From: Tubiluchus corallicola
Lineage: Eukaryota; Animalia; Priapulida
DNA length: 64,000 bases
Reading direction: 5' to 3'
NCBI GenBank assembly: GCA_030141605.1
Contig: JAQGDQ010002367.1
Coordinates: 1 to 64,000, forward strand
The position numbers and the translations under genes are program-made. Positions 15,001-26,854 of the stretch are shown here, piece after piece (position 1 is the stretch's first letter; every line of letters starts with the position of its first letter). Under the pieces are notes generated by a model. It ran no database searches and was not told where the DNA came from. It worked only from the letters and a program-made list of their open reading frames with translations.

Positions 15001-18000
15001 TACGCATCTGGTAATAGCAGCTCTATTCTCACTCTCATGTACGTACATGATCTGATCAGGAGAAATCTGCAGAAATGCACTGCCTGTCTCAAGTATCCCG
15101 GCAAAAGACTTCTACAGGCAAAGTCAAGCGTCTTAACAGACACACACACACAGATAGCCTCAATTAGCTTGTCACAAGACATGCATAGCCAAACTTGAGC
15201 GTCTGGTTCTAAAGCTTGGAAAACGATTTAAAACATCTAGTCAGAACTCAACTAAAGCAATTCCAAACATCTGGACAGAAAACATATACTGCTAATTTCA
15301 AGTACATGGCAGAAGACTTCTACAGGCAATGCCAAGCATCTTAACAGAGACACACACACAGATAGCCTCAATTAGCTTGATCCAAGACATGCATAGCCAA
15401 ACTTAAGCGTCTGGTTCTAAGAGTTGCAAAACGAATTAAAGCATCTATCACAACTTATCTAAAGCAGTCTAAAACATCTAGACAGAAAAAATGTACTGCT
15501 AATCCCAATTATATGGCAGAAGATTTCTAAAGGCAATTCGGCAGAGACATACACAGATATCCTCAATCAGCTTCTCACAGGACATATCTGGACAGAAAAC
15601 ATATCCTGCTAATCTCAAGTATATGACAAAATACTTCTACAGGCAATACTAAGCACCTTAACAGAGACATACACAGACAGCCTCAATCAGCTTCTCAGAG
15701 GACATATATGAACAAACGTAAACATCTGGTAATAGCAGTTCTATTCTCACTCTCATGTACCTGATCAGGAGAGATCTGCAGAAATGCACTGCCGATTTCA
15801 AGTATCCCGGCAAAAGACTTCTACAAGCAAAGTCAAGCGTCTTAACAGAGACACACACACAGATAGCCTCAATTAGCTTGTCACAAGGCATGCATAGCCA
15901 GACTGAAGCGTTTGGTTCTAAGGCTTGGAAAACAAATTAAAACATATAGTCAGAACTGACTTAAAGCAATGTCAAAAATCTGGATACAAAAAATGTACTA
16001 CCAGTCTCAAGTATCTGGCAAAAGACTGCTACAGGCAATACTAAGCGTCTTAACAGAGACATACGCAGACAGCCTCAATCAGCTTCTCAAAGGACATATA
16101 TGACCAAACGTAAGCATCTGGTAATAGCAGCTCTATTCTCACTCTCGTGTACATGATCAGGAGAAATCTGCAGAAATGCACTGCCGATCTCAAGTATCCC
16201 GGCAAAAGACTTCTGCAGGCAAAGTCAAGCATCTTAACAGGGGCACACACACAGAGATAGCCGCAATTAGCTTGTCACAAGACATGCATAGCCAAACTTG
16301 AGCGTCTGGTTCTAAAGCTTGGAAAACGATTTAAAACATCTAGTCTGAACTCATCTAGAGCAGTCCCAATCATCTGAACAGAAGAAATGTACTGCTAATT
16401 TCAGGTATATGGCAGAAGACTTCTACAGGCAATGCCAAGCATCTTAACAGAGACACCCACACAGATAGCCTCAATCAGCTTGTAACAAGACATGCATAGC
16501 CAGACTGAAGCGTTTGGTTCTAAAGCTTGGAAAACGATTTAAAACATCTAATCAGAACTCATCTAAGCAATCTCAAACATCTGGACAGAAAACATATTCT
16601 GCTAATTTCAAGTATATGGCAAAAGACTTCTACAGGCAATACTAAGCACCTTAACAGAGACATACACAGACAGCCTCAATCAGCTTCTCAGAGAACATAT
16701 ATGAACAAACGTAAGCATCTGGTAATAGCAGCTTTATTCTCACTCTCGTGTACCTGATCAGGAGAAATCTGCAGAAATGCACTGCCGATCTCAAGTATCC
16801 CGGCAAAAGACTTCTACAGGCAATACTAAGCGTCTTTACAGAGACATACACACACAGATAGCCTCAATTAGCTTGTCACAAGACATGCATAGCCAAACTT
16901 GAGCGTCTGGTTCTAAAGCTTGGAAAACGATTTAAAACATCTAATCAGAACTCATCTAAGCAATCTCAAACATCTGGACAGAAAACATATTCTGCTAATC
17001 TCAAGTATATGGCAAAAGACTTCTACAGGCAATACTAAGCACCTTAACAGAGACATACACAGACAGCCTCAATCAGCTTCTCAGAGGACATATATGAACA
17101 AACGTAAACATCTGGTAATAGCAGTTCTATTCTCACTCTCATGTACCTGATCAGGAGAGATCTGCAGAAATGCACTGCCGATTTCAAGTATCCCGGCAAA
17201 AGACTTCTACAAGCAAAGTCAAGCGTCTTAACAGAGACACACACACAGATAGCCTCAATTAGCTTGTCACAAGACATGCATAGCCAGACTGAAGCGTTTG
17301 GTTCTAAGGCTTGGAAAACAAATTAAAACATATAGTCAGAACTGACTTAAAGCAATGTCAAAAATCTGGATACAAAAAATGTATTACCAGTCTCAAGTAT
17401 CTGGCAAAAGACTGCTACAGGCAATACTAAGCGTCTTAACAGAGACATACGCAGACAGCCTCAATCAGCTTCTCAAAGGACATATATGACCAAACGTAAG
17501 CATCTGGTAATAGCAGCTCTATTCTCACTCTCGTGTACATGATCAGGAGAAATCTGCAGAAATGCACTGCCGATCTCAAGTATCCCGGCAAAAGACTTCT
17601 GCAGGCAAAGTCAAGCATCTTAACAGGGGCACACACACAGAGATAGCCGCAATTAGCTTGTCACAAGACATGCATAGCCAAACTTGAGCGTCTGGTTCTA
17701 AAGCTTGGAAAACGATTTAAAACATCTGGTCAGAACTCATCTAGAGCAGTCCCAATCATCTGAACAGAAGAAATGTACAGCTAATTTCAAGTATATAACA
17801 GAAGACTTCTACAAACAATGCCAAGCATCTTAACAGAGACACACATACACACAGATAGCCTCAACTAGCTTGTAACAAGACATGCATAGCCAGACTGAAG
17901 CTTTTGGTTCTAAAGCTTTGAAAACGATTTAAAACATCTAGTCTGAACTCATCTAGAGCAGTCCCAATCATCTGAACAGAAGAAATGTACTGCTAATTTC

Positions 18001-21000
18001 AGGTATATGGCAGAAGACTTCTACAGGCAATGCCAAGCATCTTAACAGAGACACCCACACAGATAGCCTCAATCAGCTTGTAACAAGACATGCATAGCCA
18101 GACTGAAGCGTTTGGTTCTAAGGCTTGGAAAACAAATAAAAACATCTAATCAGAACTCATCTAAGCAATCTCAAACATCTGGACAGAAAACATATTCCGC
18201 TAATTTCAAGTATATGGCAAAACACTTCTACAGGCAATACTAAGCACCTTAACAGAGACATACACAGACAGCCTCAATCAGCTTCTCAGAGGACATATAT
18301 GAACAAACGTAAGCATCTGGTAATAGCAGCTTTATTCTCACTCTCGTGTACCTGATATGGAGAAATCTGCAGAAATGCACTGCCGATCTCAAGTATCCCG
18401 GCAAAAGACTTCTACAGGCAATACTAAGCGTCTTTACAGAGACATACACAGACAATCAGCTTCTCAGAGGACATATATGACCAAACGTAAGCATCTGGTT
18501 CTAAAGCTTGGAAAACGATTTAAAACATCTAGTCAGAACTCATCTAGAGCAGTCCCAATCATCTGAACAAAAGAAATGTACTGCTAATTTCAGGTATGTG
18601 GCAAAAGACTTCTACAGGCAATACTGAGCGTCTTAACAGAGACACACACATACAGATAACCTCAACTAGCTTGTCACAAGACATGCATAGCCAGACTGAA
18701 ACGTTTGGTTCTAAAGCTTGGAAAACAAATAAAAACATCTAATCAGAACTCATCTAAAGCAATCTCAAACATCTGGACAGAAAACATATCCTGCTAATCT
18801 CAAGTATGTGGCAAAAGACTTCTACAGGCAATACTGAGCGTCTTAACAGAGACATACACAGATATCCTCAATCAGCTTCTCAGAGGACATATCTGGACAG
18901 AAAACATATCCTGCTAATCTCAAGTATATGACAAAAGACTTCTACAGGCAATACTAAGCACCTTAACAGAGACATACACAGACAGCCTCAATCAGCTTCT
19001 CAAAGGACATATATGAACAAACGTAAGCATCTGGTAATAGCAGCTCTATTCTCACTCTCGTGTACCTGATCAGGAGAAATCTGCAGAAATGCACTGCCGA
19101 TCTCAAGTATCCCGGCAAAAGACTTCTACAGGCAAAGTCAAGCGTCTTAACAGAGACACACACACAGATAGCCTCAATTAGCTTGTCACAAGGCATGCAT
19201 AGCCAGACTGAAGCGTTTGGTTCTAAGGCTTGGAAAACAAATTAAAACATATAGTCAGAACTGACTTAAAGCAATGTCAAAAATCTGGATACAAAAAATG
19301 TACTACCAGTCTCAAGTATCTGGCAAAAGACTGCTACAGGCAATACTAAGCGTCTTAACAGAGACATACGCAGACAGCCTCAATCAGCTTCTCAAAGGAC
19401 ATATATGACCAAACGTAAGCATCTGGTAATAGCAGCTCTATTCTCACTCTCGTGTACATGATCAGGAGAAATCTGCAGAAATGCACTGCCGATCTCAAGT
19501 ATCCCGGCAAAAGACTTCTGCAGGCAAAGTCAAGCATCTTAACAGGGGCACACACACAGAGATAGCCGCAATTAGCTTGTCACAAGACATGCATAGCCAA
19601 ACTTGAGCGTCTGGTTCTAAAGCTTGGAAAACGATTTAAAACATCTAGTCAGAACTCATCTAGAGCAGTCCCAATCATCTGAACAGAAGAAATGTACAGC
19701 TAATTTCAAGTATATAACAGAAGACTTCTACAAACAATGCCAAGCATCTTAACAGAGACACACATACACACAGATAGCCTCAACTAGCTTGTAACAAGAC
19801 ATGCATAGCCAGACTGAAGCGTTTGGTTCTAAAGCTTTGAAAACGATTTAAAACATCTAGTCTGAACTCATCTAGAGCAGTCCCAATCATCTGAACAGAA
19901 GAAATGTACTGCTAATTTCAGGTATATGGCAGAAGACTTCTACAGGCAATGCCAAGCATCTTAACAGAGACACCCACACAGATAGCCTCAATCAGCTTGT
20001 AACAAGACATGCATAGCCAGACTGAAGCGTTTGGTTCTAAGGCTTGGAAAACAAATAAAAACATCTAATCAGAACTCATCTAAGCAATCTCAAACATCTG
20101 GACAGAAAACATATTCCGCTAATTTCAAGTATATGGCAAAACACTTCTACAGGCAATACTAAGCACCTTAACAGAGACATACACAGACAGCCTCAATCAG
20201 CTTCTCAGAGGACATATATGAACAAACGTAAGCATCTGGTAATAGCAGCTCTATTCTCACTCTAGTGTACATGATCAGGAGAAATCTGCAGAAATGCACT
20301 GCCGATCTCAAGTATCCCGGCAAAAGACTTCTACAGGCAAAGTCAAGCGTCTTAACAGAGACACACACACAGATAGCCTCAATTAGCTTGTCACAAGACA
20401 TGCATAGCCAAACTTGAGCGTCTGGTTCTAAAGCTTGGAAAACGGTTTAAAACATCTAGTCAGAACTCATCTAGAGCAGTCCCAATCATCTGAACAGAAG
20501 AAATGTACTGCTAATTTCAGGTATATGGCAGAAGACTTCTACAGGCAATGCCAAGCATCTTAACAGAGACACCCACACAGATAGCCGCAATTAGCTTGTC
20601 ACAAGACATGCATAGCCAAACTTGAGCGTCTGGTTCTAAAGCTTGGAAAACGATTTAAAACATCTAATCAGAACTCATCTAAGCAATCTCAAACATCTGG
20701 ACAGAAAACATATTCTGCTAATCTCAAGTATATGGCAAAAGACTTCTACAGGCAATACTAAGCACCTTAACAGAGACATACACAGACAGCCTCAATCAGC
20801 TTCTCAGAGGACATATATGAACAAACGTAAGCATCTGGTAATAGCAGCTCTATTCTCACTCTCGTGTACATGATCAGGAGAAATCTGCAGAAATGCACTG
20901 CCGATCTCAAGTATCCCGGCAAAAGACTTCTGCAGGCAAAGTCAAGCATCTTAACAGGGGCACACACACAGAGATAGCCGCAATTAGCTTGTCACAAGAC

Positions 21001-24000
21001 ATGCATAGCCAAACTTGAGCGTCTGGTTCTAAAGCTTGGAAAACGATTTAAAACATCTGGTCAGAACTCATCTAGAGCAGTCCCAATCATCTGAACAGAA
21101 GAAATGTACAGCTAATTTCAAGTATATAACAGAAGACTTCTACAAACAATGCCAAGCATCTTAACAGAGACACACATACACACAGATAGCCTCAACTAGC
21201 TTGTAACAAGACATGCATAGCCAGACTGAAGCGTTTGGTTCTAAAGCTTTGAAAACGATTTAAAACATCTAGTCTGAACTCATCTAGAGCAGTCCCAATC
21301 ATCTGAACAGAAGAAATGTACTGCTAATTTCAGGTATATGGCAGAAGACTTCTACAGGCAATGCCAAGCATCTTAACAGAGACACCCACACAGATAGCCT
21401 CAATCAGCTTGTAACAAGACATGCATAGCCAGACTGAAGCGTTTGGTTCTAAGGCTTGGAAAACAAATAAAAACATCTAATCAGAACTCATCTAAGCAAT
21501 CTCAAACATCTGGACAGAAAACATATTCCGCTAATTTCAAGTATATGGCAAAACACTTCTACAGGCAATACTAAGCACCTTAACAGAGACATACACAGAC
21601 AGCCTCAATCAGCTTCTCAGAGGACATATATGAACAAACGTAAGCATCTGGTAATAGCAGCTTTATTCTCACTCTCGTGTACCTGATCAGGAGAAATCTG
21701 CAGAAATGCACTGCCGATCTCAAGTATCCCGGCAAAAGACTTCTACAGGCAAAGTCAAGCGTCTTAACAGAGACACACACACAGATAGCCTCAATTAGCT
21801 TGTCACAAGACATGCATAGCCAAACTTGAGCGTCTGGTTCTAAAGCTTGGAAAACGGTTTAAAACATCTAGTCAGAACTCATCTAGAGCAGTCCCAATCA
21901 TCTGAACAGAAGAAATGTACTGCTAATTTCAGGTATATGGCAGAAGACTTCTACAGGCAATGCCAAGCATCTTAACAGAGACACCCACACAGATAGCCGC
22001 AATTAGCTTGTCACAAGACATGCATAGCCAAACTTGAGCGTCTGGTTCTAAAGCTTGGAAAACGATTTAAAACATATAATCAGAACTCATCTAAGCAATC
22101 TCAAACATCTGGACAGAAAACATATTCTGCTAATTTCAGGTATATGGCAGAAGACTTCTACAGGCAATACTAAGCACCTTAACAGAGACATACACAGACA
22201 GCCTCAATCAGCTTCTCAGAGAACATATATGAACAAACGTAAGCATCTGGTAATAGCAGCTTTATTCTCACTCTCGTGTACCTGATATGGAGAAATCTGC
22301 AGAAATGCACTGCCGATCTCAAGTATCCCGGCAAAAGACTTCTACAGGCAATACTAAGCGTCTTAACAGAGACACACACAGACAATCAGCTTCTCAGAGG
22401 ACATATATGACCAAACGTAAGCATCTGGTTCTAAAGCTTGGAAAACGATTTAAAACATCTAGTCAGAACTCATCTAGAGCAGTCCCAATCATCTGAACAG
22501 AAGAAATGTACTGCTAATTTCAGGTATATGGCAGAAGACTTCTACAGGCAATACCAAGCATCTTAACAGAGACACATACACAGACAGCCTCAATCAGCTT
22601 CTCAGAGCACATATATGAACAAACGTACGCATCTGGTAATAGCAGCTCTATTCTCACTCTCATGTAGGTACATGATCTGATCAGGAGAAATCTGCAGAAA
22701 TGCACTGCCTGTCTCAAGTATCCCGGCAAAAGACTTCTACAGGCAATGCCAAGCATCTTAACAGAGACACACACACAGATAGCCTCAATCAGCTTGTCAC
22801 AAGACATGCATAGCCAAACTTGAGCGTCTGGTTCTAAAGCTTGGAAAACGATTTAAAACATCTAGTCAGAACTCAACTAAAGCAATTCCAAACATCTGGA
22901 CAGAAAACATATACTGCTAATTTCAAGTACATGGCAGAAGACTTCTACAGGCAATGCCAAGCATCTTAACAGAGACACACACACAGACAGCCTCAATCAG
23001 CTTGCAACAAGACATGCATAGCCAAACTTAAGCGTCTGGTTCTAAGAGTTGCAAAACGAATTAAAGCATCTATCACAACTTATCTAAAGCAGTCTAAAAC
23101 ATCTAGACAGAAAAAATGTACTGCTAATCCCAAGTATATGGCAGAAGATTTCTAAAGGCAATTCGGCAGAGACATACACAGATATCCTCAATCAGCTTCT
23201 CAGAGGACATATCTGGACAGAAAACATATCCTGCTAATCTCAAGTATATGACAAAATACTTCTACAGGCAATACTAAGCACCTTAACAGAGACATACACA
23301 GACAGCCTCAATCAGCTTCTCAGAGGACATATATGAACAAACGTAAACATCTGGTAATAGCAGTTCTATTCTCACTCTCATGTACCTGATCAGGAGAGAT
23401 CTGCAGAAATGCACTGCCGATTTCAAGTATCCCGGCAAAAGACTTCTACAAGCAAAGTCAAGCGTCTTAACAGAGACACACACACAGATAGCCTCAATTA
23501 GCTTGTCACAAGGCATGCATAGCCAGACTGAAGCGTTTGGTTCTAAGGCTTGGAAAACAAATTAAAACATATAGTCAGAACTGACTTAAAGCAATGTCAA
23601 AAATCTGGATACAAAAAATGTACTACCAGTCTCAAGTATCTGGCAAAAGACTGCTACAGGCAATACTAAGCGTCTTAACAGAGACATACGCAGACAGCCT
23701 CAATCAGCTTCTCAAAGGACATATATGACCAAACGTAAGCATCTGGTAATAGCAGCTCTATTCTCACTCTCGTGTACATGATCAGGAGAAATCTGCAGAA
23801 ATGCACTGCCGATCTCAAGTATCCCGGCAAAAGACTTCTGCAGGCAAAGTCAAGCATCTTAACAGGGGCACACACACAGAGATAGCCGCAATTAGCTTGT
23901 CACAAGACATGCATAGCCAAACTTGAGCGTCTGGTTCTAAAGCTTGGAAAACGATTTAAAACATCTGGTCAGAACTCATCTAGAGCAGTCCCAATCATCT

Positions 24001-26810
24001 GAACAGAAGAAATGTACAGCTAATTTCAAGTATATAACAGAAGACTTCTACAAACAATGCCAAGCATCTTAACAGAGACACACATACACACAGATAGCCT
24101 CAACTAGCTTGTAACAAGACATGCATAGCCAGACTGAAGCGTTTGGTTCTAAAGCTTTGAAAACGATTTAAAACATCTAGTCTGAACTCATCTAGAGCAG
24201 TCCCAATCATCTGAACAGAAGAAATGTACTGCTAATTTCAGGTATATGGCAGAAGACTTCTACAGGCAATGCCAAGCATCTTAACAGAGACACACACACA
24301 GATAGCCTCAATTAGCTTGCAACAAGACATGCATAGCCAGACTGAAGCGTTTGGTTCTAAGGCTTGGAAAACAAATAAAAACATCTAATCAGAACTCATC
24401 TAAGCAATCTCAAACATCTGGACAGAAAACATATTCCGCTAATTTCAAGTATATGGCAAAACACTTCTACAGGCAATACTAAGCACCTTAACAGAGACAT
24501 ACACAGACAGCCTCAATCAGCTTCTCAGAGGACATATATGAACAAACGTAAGCATCTGGTAATAGCAGCTTTATTCTCACTCTCGTGTACCTGATCAGGA
24601 GAAATCTGCAGAAATGCACTGCCGATGTCAAGTATCCCGGCAAAAGACTTCTACAGGCAAAGTCAAGCGTCTTAACAGAGACACACACACAGATAGCCTC
24701 AATTAGCTTGTCACAAGACATGCATAGCCAAACTTGAGCGTCTGGTTCTAAAGCTTGGAAAACGGTTTAAAACATCTAGTCAGAACTCATCTAGAGCAGT
24801 CCCAATCATCTGAACAGAAGAAATGTACTGCTAATTTCAGGTATATGGCAGAAGACTTCTACAGGCAATGCCAAGCATCTTAACAGAGACACCCACACAG
24901 ATAGCCTCAATCAGCTTGTCACAAGACATGCATAGCCAAACTTGAGCGTCTGGTTCTAAAGCTTGGAAAACGATTTAAAACATCTAATCAGAACTCATCT
25001 AAGCAATCTCAAACATCTGGACAGAAAACATATTCTGCTAATTTCAAGTATATGGCAAAAGACTTCTACAGGCAGTCCCAATCATCTGAACAAAAGAAAT
25101 GTACTGCTAATTTCAGGTATATAGCAGAAGACTTCTACAAGCAATGCCAAGCATCTTAACAGAGACACACACATACAGATAACCTCAACTAGCTTGTCAC
25201 AAGACATGCATAGCCAGACTGAAACGTTTGGTTCTAAAGCTTGGAAAACAAATAAAAACATCTAATCAGAACTCATCTAAAGCAATCTCAAACATCTGGA
25301 CAGAAAACATATCCTGCTAATCTCAAGTATGTGGCAAAAGACTTCTACAGGCAATACTGAGCGTCTTAACAGAGACATACACAGATATCCTCAATCAGCT
25401 TCTCAGAGGACATATCTGGACAGAAAACATATCCTGCTAATCTCAAGTATATGACAAAAGACTTCTACAGGCAATACTAAGCACCTTAACAGAGACATAC
25501 ACAGACAGCCTCAATCAGCTTCTCAAAGGACATATATGAACAAACGTAAGCATCTGGTAATAGCAGCTCTATTCTCACTCTCGTGTACCTGATCAGGAGA
25601 AATCTGCAGAAATGCACTGCCGATCTCAAGTATCCCGGCAAAAGACTTCTACAGGCAAAGTCAAGCGTCTTAACAGAGACACACACACAGATAGCCTCAA
25701 TTAGCTTGTCACAAGACATGCATAGCCAAACTTGAGCGTCTGGTTCTAAAGCTTGGAAAACGGTTTAAAACATCTAGTCAGAACTCATCTAGAGCAGTCC
25801 CAATCATCTGAACAGAAGAAATGTACTGCTAATTTCAGGTATATGGCAAAAGACTTCTACAGGCAATGCCAAGCGTCTTAACAGAGACACACACACAGAT
25901 AGCCTCAATTAGCTTGTCACAAGACATGCATAGCCAGACTGAAGCGTTTGGATCTAATGCTTGGAAAACAAATAAAAACATCTAATCAGAACTCATCTAA
26001 GCAATCTCAAAAATCTGGACAGAAAACATATTCCGCTAATCTCAAGTATATGGCAAAAGACTTCTACAGGCAAAGTCAAGCGTCTTAACAGAGACACACA
26101 CACAGATAGCCTCAATTAGCTTGTCACAAGACATGCATAGCCAAACTTGAGCGTCTGGTTCTAAAGCTTGGAAAACGGTTTAAAACATCTAGTCAGAACT
26201 CATCTAGAGCAGTCCCAATCATCTGAACAGAAGAAATGTACTGCTAATTTCAGGTATCTGGCAAAAGACTGCTACAGGCAATGCTAAGCGTCTTAACAGA
26301 GACACACACACAGATAGCCTCAATTAGCTTGTCACAAGACATGCATAGCCAGACTGAAGCGTTTGGATCTAATGCTTGGAAAACAAATAAAAACATCTAA
26401 TCAGAACTCATCTAAGCAATCTCAAAAATCTGGACAGAAAACATATTCCGCTAATCTCAAGTATATGGCAAAAGACTTCTACAGGCAAAGTCAAGCGTCT
26501 TAACAGAGACATACACAGATAGCCTCAATTAGCTTGTCACAAGACATGCATAGCCAAACTTGAGCGTCTGGTTCTAAAGCTTGGATAACGATTTAAAACA
26601 TCTAGTCAGAACTCATCTAGAGCAGTCCCTGTCATCTGAACAGAAGAAATGTACTGTTAATTTCAAGTATATGGCAGGCATAGCCAAACTTGAGCGTCTG
26701 GTTCTAAAGCTTGGATAACGATTTAAAACATCTAGTCAGAACTCATCTAGAACAATCCCTGTCATCTGAACAGAAGAAATGTACTGTTAATTTCAAGTAT
26801 ATGGCAGGAG
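1..26810. repeat. Satellite DNA array, homogenised part: 208-bp and 184-bp monomer variants in higher-order repeats; continues beyond window start
   Basis: The GC(A/G)AAGACTTCTACAGGCAA anchor recurs at 1, 209, 393, 601 (periods 208, 184, 208). Starts of the 184-bp variant, read from the ORF track, are spaced 599, 813, 392 and 714-718 bp in recurring order. A 1412-bp unit is seen at 5667/7079 and 19355/20767. Confidence 0.98.
26549..26808 (+). repeat. 130-bp tandem duplication at the LINE 5' junction
   Basis: 26549-26678 is repeated at 26679-26808 with two G>A differences (agcagtccct vs aacaatccct). It is absent from the paralogous empty site near 14491. Confidence 0.9.
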
Positions 26811-26854
26811 CCATAGCCGGTCCCAAGCCCGGTTGAGAGAGGAGGAGGGTTGGG
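26810..26854 (+). ncRNA. Twister ribozyme, 3' portion (5' P1/P2 strands missing)
   Basis: GCCATAG-CCGG-TCCCAAGC-CCGG-TTGAGAGA-GGAG-GAGGG-TTGGG matches the twister core: P4 CCGG/CCGG, L4 UCCCAAGC, P2' GGAG, T1 GAGGG. It lies at the exact 5' end of an RTE element. Confidence 0.85.
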
